Shown: positions 50,060 through 59,545 of the stretch, piece after piece
How positions within the stretch are numbered: the stretch's first letter is position 1
Layout: every line of letters starts with the position of its first letter
IMG/VR virus record: IMGVR_UViG_3300036893_000049
Location: 1-64,000 of that record
Source of the DNA: a virus
Strand: one strand, 5' to 3'
Length of the DNA stretch: 64,000 nt
Made by a program: the position numbers and the translations under genes
Notes under the pieces: model-generated
What the model was told of the DNA's origin: nothing
Seen by the model: the letters and a program-made list of their open reading frames with translations, nothing else
Databases searched by the model: none

Positions 50060-51249
50060 TACTCCTTTCCTCGAATGATGCTTCGACGACGCTCGGTGCC
50101 GGGATCAGTTCCAGTACAACCACCATTGTTCTGGCGCCGGGGGGCGGGGGTTTGTTCCCGTCGCCCGCCGCGAACGAATATTTCACACTCACGCTGAACG
50201 ATGCGGCGACGCGAGCGAATTATGAAATCTGCAACTGCACCGCGCGCACGGGCGATAGTCTGACGGTTACGCGCGGCGCGGAGGGCACGACGGCACGCTC
50301 ATGGCTCTTGGGCGACTTCGCTTACAACACGAATACCGCGAACAGTATCGGCACCGCGCGTGCCTATGCCGCTGGAAACACGCCAACGCTCCCGTTCACG
50401 ATTCCCGCCGCGCATCAGGGCGTTGTTCAGTATTGCGGCACCGCGGGCACGATCACGTTGCCAGCCGTTGCCGGGATTCAGGATGGGTTTCTTTGTGCGA
50501 TATGCTGCACGTCGAACGCGGCGACGATCACGGTCAATACGAATTCGGCGACGGTGGTTTTGCCATCTGGCAACGTAACCTCGACGTTTACCCTCACCGC
50601 GCTACAGCAGACTGTTACGCTACAATGGAATGCGGGGGCTTCGCTTTGGTATGGACTAAATAGCAGCGCGGCACCGCCGCCGCCGCCGGTGCCTGGAAGT
50701 TGGGTGATTACCGCAAGTACAACGTTTACCGTTCCCACAGGTGTCGGAACTCTTGAAATTGAATTGTGGGGCGGCGGTAGCGGCGGGGTTGGCGGAACAG
50801 GTGCGGCTGGCAGTGCGGGAGGTTACGCCTGGGGGGTGTACTCGGTGACACCCGGAACAGAATATACCGTATTGATCGGCGCGGGTGGCGCGGGCGTCAC
50901 AGGTGCCAGCGGTAGTTCCTCAGGTGCGGGAGGGGAAACGAGTTTTGGGGGAACGTTAATATACGCAACGGGGGGCCTGTCAGTTGGCCCATCCTCTCTT
51001 GGTATCCCTTCTGAGGGGGGTATGGGCTTTGGTGGGGATCTAAATTTGCCGGGCGGTAGCGGCGGCGATCTATGCAGCACCTTCTTTGTCGCGATTGGCG
51101 GCGCGGCACCCAGAGGCGCGGCGGGGGGGTTTGGTCAACCCGGCCAGACGGCGGGTTATGGTGCGGGAGGAGGCGCGGCTGCTAACCAAACGCTCTTAAT
51201 TGACTACGGGGGCAACGGCGGCGGGGGATTGGTCATCGTCAGATGGTGA
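50056..51249 (+). CDS. tail fibre protein with Gly-rich C-terminal domain
   Basis: SNDASTTL, LTVTRGAEGTTARSW, TFTVPTGV..WGGGSGG, GGGLVIVRW. Confidence 0.75.
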   Translation: MILLSSNDASTTLGAGISSSTTTIVLAPGGGGLFPSPAANEYFTLTLNDAATRANYEICNCTARTGDSLTVTRGAEGTTARSWLLGDFAYNTNTANSIGTARAYAAGNTPTLPFTIPAAHQGVVQYCGTAGTITLPAVAGIQDGFLCAICCTSNAATITVNTNSATVVLPSGNVTSTFTLTALQQTVTLQWNAGASLWYGLNSSAAPPPPPVPGSWVITASTTFTVPTGVGTLEIELWGGGSGGVGGTGAAGSAGGYAWGVYSVTPGTEYTVLIGAGGAGVTGASGSSSGAGGETSFGGTLIYATGGLSVGPSSLGIPSEGGMGFGGDLNLPGGSGGDLCSTFFVAIGGAAPRGAAGGFGQPGQTAGYGAGGGAAANQTLLIDYGGNGGGGLVIVRW

Positions 51250-51320
51250 GTGTGACCTTGGGAGCGTGCCAGGGAAGCCCCTCGACCGGTAGCACCATAA
51301 CGAGGCTCGTGGTGCTGCTC

Positions 51321-51401
51321 GGCGGCGCGGGCGGCGGCCCGACAACCGGCGGGACGGGCGCGGCTGGTTTCCTGACAATTATTGAGTATTGCACCTCATG
51401 A
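51321..51401 (+). pseudogene. orphan C-terminus of a former Gly-rich tail fibre
   Basis: GGAGGGPTTGGTGAAGFLTIIEYCTS*, with its TGA overlapping the next ATG. Confidence 0.55.
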
Positions 51402-52111
51402 CGCCCTACGTCTGCACCGCGATTCCTGGCAATCCCTTATGGTTTCCCGCGCGCGGCAACGATGCGTCTCTCGACTATTCGCTCAACATCGCATCGGCGT
51501 TGGATGCCGGGACCGACTTCCCCGCCTCGGCGACGTTCGCGATAGCCCCGTCCGGTGCCGGGGAAGCGGTCGCCAGCAGCCTCACATACAGCGGCGGAGG
51601 CGGAATACCGGTCTTCACCGTCACGCTGTCAGGGGGCGTTCAGGGCCGCATCTACACATGGCAGTTGGTCGTGACGTGCTTTAACGGGTTAATTTATGAA
51701 TTTATCGGCTACCAGGGCGTGATCCCAGGTCTGCCGGGATATCCGGTTCCGGTCGCGCCATCGCCAGGATTTGGAACGCCGATCACGTGGACAGCGGGGA
51801 CAACCATGCAAGAGGTCGTCACGGGATTGATCGGGACTGGAACGAATCAGGCCACGGCCACGCTGCTGTATGGATTCACGAGCATAATTTCCTCGGCTCC
51901 ATCTGGCACCGGGTTCATTCTGCCTGGATATATTCAGGAGGGGACAATTATTGTCCAGGACATGGACCTTACGCACAACGCGACGATTTATCCTCCCGTG
52001 GGGGCTCATATCAACAACCTCGCGGTCAATGTTCCGTTCACCGTTGGCTCAAACGGTGGCCGGATCAGTTTTTCCACCAACGCACCGGCAACGCAATGGT
52101 ATGCAGGATGA
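51398..52111 (+). CDS. tail fibre adaptor-like structural protein
   Basis: LDYSLN...TLSGGVQGRIY pattern. Confidence 0.55.
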   Translation: MTPYVCTAIPGNPLWFPARGNDASLDYSLNIASALDAGTDFPASATFAIAPSGAGEAVASSLTYSGGGGIPVFTVTLSGGVQGRIYTWQLVVTCFNGLIYEFIGYQGVIPGLPGYPVPVAPSPGFGTPITWTAGTTMQEVVTGLIGTGTNQATATLLYGFTSIISSAPSGTGFILPGYIQEGTIIVQDMDLTHNATIYPPVGAHINNLAVNVPFTVGSNGGRISFSTNAPATQWYAG

Positions 52112-53469
52112 TGAAATATATCTGGGGGCTTCTGGCCGGGATTTTTATTGGTGCCGCCGTAGTGGCGCAAACGCCACTTAGCGGCCCGCTGCTTATTCAA
52201 AAGAATTTCAGCGAGATCGCGACAAACGGAACGCAGGCGGCAGCGATTGCTAATCTCGGGCTCGCGCCGATTTCTCCTGGCACCGGGACTGGCAATCTTT
52301 TGATTGGCGCGACAGGAAATACCGGACTGTCGGCATCATACAACATCTTTGGCGGCTACAGGACCGGCGTAAATGTCACGACATGCACAACCGGCCTTCC
52401 GCCGGGGTTCGATGTCGCGCTTGGGTATAACGACCTTCCCAACGATGCCGGGTGTGAAAATATCGCGGTGGGCGGCCAGATTTTAGGGGCCAATATCGGC
52501 GGGCATAATAACGGCGGCCTCGGGGAGGATGTTCTTGGCGGTGTCACGTCAGGGGTTGGAATTTGGGGTTTTGGTCATGGCGTCGGTGGTCAGGACGGCA
52601 CGTATGCGATCACCGGAGCCATGGACCTTTGGATGCTGGAAGGGGCCTGCGGTTATTGCAGCGGCGCGATATCGGATACAATCTATATAGGCCGGTACGC
52701 CGGAGCAGGGGCACCGGCAAATCACAACACGGCAAGCGGAAACATCGGCATAGGAAGTCTTTCGCTGGAGAATGTTTCAACGGGAACCGGTGAAGTCGCC
52801 GTGGGTGCCGGGACATTGACAGGCTCGTCGTCCGCGCCATTGACAGGTACTAATAATACCGCGATCGGAAACGGCGCTGGAAATGCGGTCCAGGGATCGG
52901 GGAACGCTAATACAATGATAGGAGATCAGGTTTTTTCTCAGTTGACAACAGGACAACAAAACGCGGGGCTCGGAGCCTTCGTTGGTTTTAATTGCATAAC
53001 CTGTATTTCCGACATTCTGATCGGGTACAATACGGCATCTTCGATCCTGACCAGCGGGTCCGGCAATATCATGATCTGTAACAACTGCGATGTTCCAGCG
53101 TCAAATACGAGCAACTGGCTCAACATTGGGAACGCCGTCATGGCGGTTTTGAGTCCGCCGACAGTTGCATCTGGGTTCGGAACAAGCCCCAGCATCCCGA
53201 AGGGCGCCAGCACGCGCGCGTTCACGGTCAATGTCGGATCGGGTGGAAGTGCCACGACTGGCGTTTTGAATATGTCGCAAGCCATGCCAAACGGTTATAT
53301 CTGCAAGGCGACCGATATCACCCACGCCGGTTCGTTCGTCACCGAGGCCGTTCCAGACGGGAGTAATCCGACGTTTGAAATTGACTTGTTGAACTACAGC
53401 CGGACAACGGGGCTCGCCATTGCCTGGACGGCAAACGATGTGATCACGGTAATGTGTGAGGGGTATTGA
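52108..53469 (+). CDS. beta-helical fibre/adhesin-like protein with signal-peptide-like N-terminus
   Basis: NTAIG/NIGIG repeats; MMKYIWGLLAGIFIGAAVVAQ. Confidence 0.65.
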   Translation: MMKYIWGLLAGIFIGAAVVAQTPLSGPLLIQKNFSEIATNGTQAAAIANLGLAPISPGTGTGNLLIGATGNTGLSASYNIFGGYRTGVNVTTCTTGLPPGFDVALGYNDLPNDAGCENIAVGGQILGANIGGHNNGGLGEDVLGGVTSGVGIWGFGHGVGGQDGTYAITGAMDLWMLEGACGYCSGAISDTIYIGRYAGAGAPANHNTASGNIGIGSLSLENVSTGTGEVAVGAGTLTGSSSAPLTGTNNTAIGNGAGNAVQGSGNANTMIGDQVFSQLTTGQQNAGLGAFVGFNCITCISDILIGYNTASSILTSGSGNIMICNNCDVPASNTSNWLNIGNAVMAVLSPPTVASGFGTSPSIPKGASTRAFTVNVGSGGSATTGVLNMSQAMPNGYICKATDITHAGSFVTEAVPDGSNPTFEIDLLNYSRTTGLAIAWTANDVITVMCEGY

Positions 53470-53600
53470 AATGGTTGGCCTGAGGACGGCATCTGCTCAA
53501 CGCATGAATCGCGGTGCGAATGTATCATCACAAGATCGAGCGGTTTCTGTTCAGCCTTCGAACCGAACCGCGTCGTCAGGCCCTCAGTAGGAGCGTTCGT

Positions 53601-53993
53601 ATGCGTAAAGGAATTATTTTTGCCGCGGGTCTGATGTGGACCGGATCGGTATTGGCGCAAGGCGTTCCAGGCGCTTATACCGGAAACGGATCGTTGTCGG
53701 TCACCACGACGCCCGCGCTCGTCAACACGATGACCGTGAATTCAACGGGTAAACCGCTCCCCGCGAATTTGAACAATGTCACGGTGTCCAATCCCGGTGG
53801 CGGAACGGTCGCGGTTTGTCCATCTGCCGGATCGGCGTCATGCACATGCTCGCAAAATGGCGTCGCGAACACCAACGGTCTGACGATCGGCGGCGGTCTG
53901 GGGGCATGGAGTTATGTGCTTCAAGGGGTCGCGTCCAATCTTCCAAAGATTGTCGCGTGTTCCGTGACTACCGTCGTGGAGTTTCAGTGGTGA
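53601..53993 (+). CDS. secreted-type small beta protein
   Basis: AGGAG Shine-Dalgarno; MRKGIIFAAGLMWTGSVLAQ. Confidence 0.6.
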   Translation: MRKGIIFAAGLMWTGSVLAQGVPGAYTGNGSLSVTTTPALVNTMTVNSTGKPLPANLNNVTVSNPGGGTVAVCPSAGSASCTCSQNGVANTNGLTIGGGLGAWSYVLQGVASNLPKIVACSVTTVVEFQW

Positions 53994-56692
53994 TGAAATA
54001 TGCTCTCGCTGCTCTGTTCGTTCTGATCGCCGGAACGGCCCAGGCGCAAATGGGTGCCGCGCCTGGTCCGCGCCCGCCGCAGGGTGGTGCGCCGGGAACG
54101 CTGGCTTGTTCTCTCGCCAATCCATCGCAATGTCCCGCCGCCGGTTCGCCAGGACAGATACAGGTCAACATCGCTGGCGTGCTGGGCGCTTATTCAGGAC
54201 TGACTTATAACGGCACGACATTGACGCTGCCCAGCGGTTCAACGTTTACATCGTCGGGCCAAACGCTCGCGGGCAGCACGACCGCGACTGGCCCATTCTA
54301 CACCGCCGCCGGTTGGCCCCTCCCTCCCTCCAATCTCCGCTCCCCAACCTCCTACGACGCCGCCCAATACGTATCCGGCCTCGCTTATTGGCTCGATCCG
54401 ATCAGCGGGACGATCATGCTCAACAATGGCACTCAGGCCGCCGGGGGCGCGTTTTGGGAACCTCGCGCCGTCGTAAGCGGTGCGGTCTACGATTTTACCG
54501 CGGCGAAGGTTGGCGATCTTCCTAACGCGATACATTGCGCCGGTCCTCGCGTCCTTAGCACCAGATATTGGAGCGGCGCGCTCAGCGGGGGTCCGGCCGG
54601 GCCGACAACTGCCTATATTCGTGAGTTGATCCGTGCCAGCGATGGCACGACCCTTCTCACGACCTCAATCGACGGGTCGAAAGAATACACGGCGGCGATT
54701 GACTCGTTCGGCGGGACCGTCGCGCAGGACTGGGTCGCCGAGATCGTCCGGTTTGGTCAATGTGGGCCGACCACATACACGGATTACAATGAGACGGAAT
54801 GGGAAGTTCCCCTTACGACCGCCTCGACCAGCACAACCGGAAATCCTCTGGTTTTCACGGTGCCGACCGCGACCGCGAGCGGTTCCGCTGCCAGTGCGAC
54901 GCTTACCGCCGTCTCATCTTTTCCGGCGTGGTTGCCTGTTTCAAACTCATCGGTTTTTGATGCGGTGAATGGTCCCGGAGGATTGAACCTCGCGACGATT
55001 ACAGGCACCAACCTTTCGGCCAGTGGCACATGGTCGATCAGCGGGACGACGCTAACCACTCCAAGTGCTACGGGAACCATTCAGATCGGCCAACAGCTTT
55101 CGTCAACGGCTGTCGCCAGTGGAAATAAAGTTGTCGTCGCCGGGACCATTATCACGGGCGGCAGCGGAACCAGTTGGACGGTTTCCATTTCTCAGACCGT
55201 TCCAAGTTCGCCCATGCTGGCCGCTACTCGGATCACCAATTACAGCACCGTGGCCTCGACGCTGACGGTCTCGCCCAATCCGTCAGGAACGATCACGGCG
55301 GGGACGATATCCTACCAGCTTCCCGTCGCGCCGGGGATGGACATTTACGCTGCGGGGACGCTGTTTTGCGAGGGGTTCCATGTCACTTACGTTTCGGGCG
55401 GGAACGTAGGACAGGCGAACTACGACCTCGAAACATCTTGCTATCTGGCGTCGGGGAGCAACGTCCTCATCGGGACCGGTGCGCTGGTCACTCCGCAGGC
55501 TATGGTCGGCAATCAACGCGCGTCCTGGTTCGACGAAGTGAACGATAACCGGGCGGTAGCGAGTGGGTATGCCGCTGGCGCGCTCCAACACGCCGACTTG
55601 TCGCCCAACACAACCGTCGCCGCTACCAACAATATGACAGTCCTCATGGAGGTCGGCACCCGGAACGTCGGGCAGATATTCGATGGGTTTAGTCTGCTGT
55701 CATCTGGCCTCAATTCCAACGCTCTTGCGTTCTCTACAGGAGGCAATGGATACTCGGCTTTCCTCTACCCGCAACCCGGCCTTGGCGCATGGACCAGCGC
55801 GTTCGTTCACCGTGCGCCAGGACACCAGGGAGGATCGCTGATCTGGTTCAACGCAGCCTATGCGAACTCGACAACAGGCAATATGACCGGCGGCATAGAC
55901 GGCCTCGCGGTTGTTCCGGCGAACTATCAGGATGGGAACACGTCGCTCGCGGGTGGCTCGATGTGCGGAAATTTGGGCTTGCAATCGCAAACACCTCTGG
56001 CTTACGGGAATTGCTTATTGGGTGCCGATGTTATTTTCAGCCCGGCGGTGCCACCGGCTTTGCTTCCCCTCGCCAAAGCGGCGATGTATCGCGACAGCGG
56101 CATCATCCCTCAGTATGACGTGAGCATTCTCTTATACGACGGGTTCGCAGGCATAACGGGTATCAGTCAGACTTTTGCTGACCAACTTGAGGCCAAACAC
56201 CCCAACTGGCACATCAACAATATATCGCCCCTTAGCTCCATGTGCAGCCAGGTGACGCATTTTGCCAATTTGGCCACGGCACAGATTGACCCGGCCGCGG
56301 TAAATATCATCATCACGGGGATCAACCCGAACGATGCGTCAACGTCACTGGACCCGACGGTTCAGGAAGCCTGTATCGCTACTTTTATCACGGATGCGGT
56401 GGCGGCGGGGTTTGCAAAACCGTTCATCGTAGTCTGGAACTATAACTCCGGCTCGTGGAATGGGACGACCCTCACCTATAATAATGCGCTGATCGCATGG
56501 GGAAACAGCGGCGCCATCGAGACCCTTGGCGGCATTCATATCGACACGACGGCGTGCGCCGTATCCTACACGCCGAACTCTATTTGGTCGCAGGATGGGT
56601 ACTCGCAGATGCCGCACTGGCACGCTTGCGCCGCGACGATTATTGAAAAGCAGATCATGGATAACCTGCCCGTAGCGTTGAAGGGATATTGA
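53993..56692 (+). CDS. large receptor-binding/tailspike-like protein with SGNH-like C-terminus and signal-peptide-like N-terminus
   Basis: MKYALAALFVLIAGTAQAQ; Thr/Ser-rich beta domains; NPND...HWH. Confidence 0.55.
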   Translation: MKYALAALFVLIAGTAQAQMGAAPGPRPPQGGAPGTLACSLANPSQCPAAGSPGQIQVNIAGVLGAYSGLTYNGTTLTLPSGSTFTSSGQTLAGSTTATGPFYTAAGWPLPPSNLRSPTSYDAAQYVSGLAYWLDPISGTIMLNNGTQAAGGAFWEPRAVVSGAVYDFTAAKVGDLPNAIHCAGPRVLSTRYWSGALSGGPAGPTTAYIRELIRASDGTTLLTTSIDGSKEYTAAIDSFGGTVAQDWVAEIVRFGQCGPTTYTDYNETEWEVPLTTASTSTTGNPLVFTVPTATASGSAASATLTAVSSFPAWLPVSNSSVFDAVNGPGGLNLATITGTNLSASGTWSISGTTLTTPSATGTIQIGQQLSSTAVASGNKVVVAGTIITGGSGTSWTVSISQTVPSSPMLAATRITNYSTVASTLTVSPNPSGTITAGTISYQLPVAPGMDIYAAGTLFCEGFHVTYVSGGNVGQANYDLETSCYLASGSNVLIGTGALVTPQAMVGNQRASWFDEVNDNRAVASGYAAGALQHADLSPNTTVAATNNMTVLMEVGTRNVGQIFDGFSLLSSGLNSNALAFSTGGNGYSAFLYPQPGLGAWTSAFVHRAPGHQGGSLIWFNAAYANSTTGNMTGGIDGLAVVPANYQDGNTSLAGGSMCGNLGLQSQTPLAYGNCLLGADVIFSPAVPPALLPLAKAAMYRDSGIIPQYDVSILLYDGFAGITGISQTFADQLEAKHPNWHINNISPLSSMCSQVTHFANLATAQIDPAAVNIIITGINPNDASTSLDPTVQEACIATFITDAVAAGFAKPFIVVWNYNSGSWNGTTLTYNNALIAWGNSGAIETLGGIHIDTTACAVSYTPNSIWSQDGYSQMPHWHACAATIIEKQIMDNLPVALKGY

Positions 56693-56724
56693 CATGCGCT
56701 GGCCCGCGACCGTGAAAGCGGGCA

Positions 56725-57081
56725 GTGTCCGGGGATGACGATCTCATCGGCCCTGAGTTTCCGCACGCCCCCGCCAACGACCGGTCGTTGCGCTCGCAAA
56801 CCGACGCAAATTCTCATAAAAAAGACGTTAATCGCGCGTCAATGGAGGACGATACATCAATTACGAGGCGTTCCGAGGATGAATCCGACCGGGCCTGGCT
56901 TCATGCACAGCGTGTCTCCGCTCTGGCGCATGCGGCGCGCAAGGCCAGCCGTTGGCGTGCGGTTAAACGGTTCGCGACCGCCGTTGGACTCGCCGCCACA
57001 ACCGGAATGCCATGGACGGCATGGTTGACATGGATATGGGATCATCTCCGTCCAATCATTCACGCGGCTACTGGCCCATGA
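56725..57081 (+). CDS. membrane protein, hypothetical
   Basis: C-terminal hydrophobic segment; start uncertain. Confidence 0.45.
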   Translation: MSGDDDLIGPEFPHAPANDRSLRSQTDANSHKKDVNRASMEDDTSITRRSEDESDRAWLHAQRVSALAHAARKASRWRAVKRFATAVGLAATTGMPWTAWLTWIWDHLRPIIHAATGP

Positions 57082-57243
57082 AATTGTTCGATTCCTGGTG
57101 TTCGATGTCCGACCGGCATCCGGTCAGATGTTCGATTTTACAGTTCGGTGGCGTCTCGTGCGTGTTCGTGGCGGTCTGTCTCTGGGCGGGGTCGGAGAAT
57201 GCGCTGTTGACGCTGTGGCGGATGGTACGGGGATGGTGGTAAC

Positions 57244-57567
57244 GTGGAGGCCGAGATCAAAGAATGGCTCCAAACGGTCGCGCCCTACATCGCAATCTTC
57301 GTGTCACTCTATATTGCGATTCGCGTTCAGGCCGTTCACAAGTTGGTCAATTCGGAAATGGACCAGTTCCGGGCCACGCTAAAGCGGTTGGCCGAGGCGA
57401 ACGAGGCCAGCGTCTTTCGTGCCGGGCAACAAAACGTCAGGGATGCCAATCGCAATACGGTGGTCGTCGCCGGGCAGGCTACGAGAGCGGCGGCAGAGGC
57501 AACGACAGCGGCGGCATCGGCGGTCGAGGCTGTCCAGGTTGGTCGTGATGGTCTCGGCCCCCAATAG
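57244..57567 (+). CDS. membrane protein (holin/spanin-region candidate)
   Basis: N-terminal TM segment, VHKLVNS motif. Confidence 0.5.
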   Translation: MEAEIKEWLQTVAPYIAIFVSLYIAIRVQAVHKLVNSEMDQFRATLKRLAEANEASVFRAGQQNVRDANRNTVVVAGQATRAAAEATTAAASAVEAVQVGRDGLGPQ

Positions 57568-57794
57568 CCTGACCGAATCGATGTCACTCAAGATGACCCC
57601 ATCCCTGGCTCCAAACGGTCGCGAATCATGGCTTAGAGGTACGGTTGGAGCCTTCAACTCACCCCCGGCGGCCGTGGCGGATGGGCGAAGGCGTTGCATT
57701 TCGGGGCCGGTATCGGTAGGATACAACCCATCGCCGCCCAGCGATTTCGTTGCAGCCCCCGTGATACCGTTCCCCGGTGTCCGGGGGTTTTGCA

Positions 57795-58022
57795 TTACGC
57801 GGCCACGGCCTCAGCCGCACGGTGCTTGTAGGTTCGGGCGGCAATCCAACCATCGACATCATTGCGCCGATAGAGAACGCGCCGTTGGCCTACCCGAACG
57901 AAGGGCGGTCCCTCACCGTCAATTCGCCACCGCAGCGTGGTACGATCATCAACGTGCAACAAGGCGCACAATTGCGCATCGGTCAGGAATTCCCCTGACA
58001 GGTCCACAGTGTCATGCAACAT
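57795..58022 (-). CDS. excisionase/AlpA-like HTH_17 protein
   Basis: FLTDAQLCALLHVDDRTTLRWR..GEGPPFVRVG.RRVLYRRNDVDGWI. Confidence 0.85.
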   Translation of the reverse strand: MLHDTVDLSGEFLTDAQLCALLHVDDRTTLRWRIDGEGPPFVRVGQRRVLYRRNDVDGWIAARTYKHRAAEAVAA

Positions 58023-58229
58023 ATCTCTGTCCTTTGGTGACTGGGGCCGACGTGGCCCGCCGTCAAGGACATAGCGAACGGCAGTGTCCGCCCTCTACTG
58101 TCCGCAATCGCATGATTTTCAGACCGATTCCGGTCCTCTTTCAGGTGACGCTGCCATCTGAGTAATTTCCGATCCTCTCGCCCTCTCCTCTCCCGTGACA
58201 TGGTGCGCCCATAATCTCGGGAGCGTGCC

Positions 58230-58424
58230 ATGATCGGTCTGTTGGTCAATCTGCTGATTCTGTGCCTCATCGTGGGGCTGATCTGGTGGGTCATCACCAT
58301 GATCCCGCTTCCCGCGCCGTTCGCACTGATTGTCCGCGTCGTGTTCGCGGTGATCCTCGTCATCGCCCTCATAGATTGGCTGACCGGGTTTACTGGTGTT
58401 GGGCGGCGGTATCATATTCTTTGA
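58230..58424 (+). CDS. small two-TM membrane protein (holin candidate)
   Basis: two hydrophobic helices around IPLPAPF. Confidence 0.6.
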   Translation: MIGLLVNLLILCLIVGLIWWVITMIPLPAPFALIVRVVFAVILVIALIDWLTGFTGVGRRYHIL

Positions 58425-58470
58425 GGGGTGGCGGCCCCCTAAGAATGTGCTATATGTTGAAAGGCCATAG

Positions 58471-58541
58471 GGCGAGCGCAGAGAGTCGAACCCTGGTCTC
58501 GGGGGTACGAGCCCCGCGTCCTACCGCTGAACGACGCTCGC
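58471..58541 (-). tRNA. tRNA-Thr(CGT)
   Basis: cloverleaf: acceptor GCGAGCG/CGCTCGC, D arm GTTC/GGAC, anticodon arm CGGGG-CTCGTAC-CCCCG, T arm CAGGG-TTCGACT-CTCTG; no encoded CCA. Confidence 0.85.
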
Positions 58542-58565
58542 CATATTGGCCGCCATAGCACCATC

Positions 58566-58645
58566 TGGTGCCGACTATCCGGGCCGCTCCCTTCCACTTT
58601 CCTAGGGCGTTGGGGAGCGGCCCTTCTTATCCTCACCCCCGGCAC
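58566..58645 (-). ncRNA. CCA-terminated hairpin RNA candidate
   Basis: GTGCCG...CGGCACCA closing stem plus an 11-bp perfect inner stem. Confidence 0.45.
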
Positions 58646-58804
58646 GGGTAGTGACTCAGTTTGATTTTGGCTGCGGACGGAAGTCCTAGAGGCCAGGTAC
58701 AAACATAGCTGTGTTGCGGGGTACGTTGCGAAGACGTTCTGTTTATCCTGTCTATTCTCTCAGATATCTACCACAATCATCGCTAGGCAACCAGCGGTGG
58801 AACC

Positions 58805-59017
58805 ATGCAACAAGCAGACCCTACGCATCCCAAACGTGATGCAGAGTTCACACACATCTCCGGTGGCAACGATAACGACGAGCCTCCGGTCAACGCGGTA
58901 GCGTTCACTGATTTGGCATCAGCGATGGGGATGGATGAGGACGCCTTGTTGCAGAGGTTTGCCGCGATCCTCCGCAAAAGAGAGGGTGGCGAAGATACAA
59001 CCCCGGCGGAAGAGTGA
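58805..59017 (+). CDS. small acidic hypothetical protein
   Basis: 70-aa ORF. Confidence 0.4.
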   Translation: MQQADPTHPKRDAEFTHISGGNDNDEPPVNAVAFTDLASAMGMDEDALLQRFAAILRKREGGEDTTPAEE

Positions 59018-59335
59018 CGCCGATGGACTGGGGTCAACTCCTGGATGGGGATCATCCAGGAGTCGCCAGTTCCGGGTCCTCGCGGAGAGAGCGTCTATCC
59101 CCCGCGCGAGAAACGGAGTCCAGGCGTGTGCGCGCTTGGCCCCACAGGTTCCCTGTGAGTCTGGTAGCACAAGTCTTGGCTCCTATCAAAGGGACTTTTG
59201 GGCTTTTGTGGCGTTTTTGATTCTGAGGTATGTGCCGCGACACTCGGTTGAGACGGCTGCCTTCGCGGTCGATTGGGCGTTTGGTCCACTCGGCTGAATT
59301 ATAGACCCGATCACCTGACCACGCCATACGTCACC
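59014..59335 (+). ncRNA. large structured RNA candidate
   Basis: multiple nested helices found by eye; ends before a terminator. Confidence 0.4.
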
Positions 59336-59354
59336 AGAACCACCTGAGGGGCGG

Positions 59355-59389
59355 ACGCTCCGGGGGAAACTCCGGGGCGTTTTTATTTG
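59355..59389 (+). terminator. rho-independent terminator between convergent units
   Basis: GACGCTCCGGGG-GAAA-CTCCGGGGCGTT followed by a T run. Confidence 0.75.
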
Positions 59390-59545
59390 TCCTCCGCGAT
59401 TCGCGCGATCTCCGCCAGCCTCTTCCGCAATCGCTCGATTTCCGCGGCGGCGTCAGCCAGCAAGACGTAGCCGATGCCGACTTCCTCCGCGGTCAGGCGG
59501 GGGTGGAGGCGGTAGAATCTCAGGCGATCGATCAGTCCGGGCATC

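Noticed and set aside
50056-56692. Diversity-generating retroelement or invertible fibre cassette
   Set aside because: No reverse transcriptase, invertase or TR/VR repeat pair was seen.
57795-58541. Prophage boundary or att site at the xis-like gene and tRNA
   Set aside because: No integrase or duplicated tRNA end is present, and phage-type genes continue on both sides.
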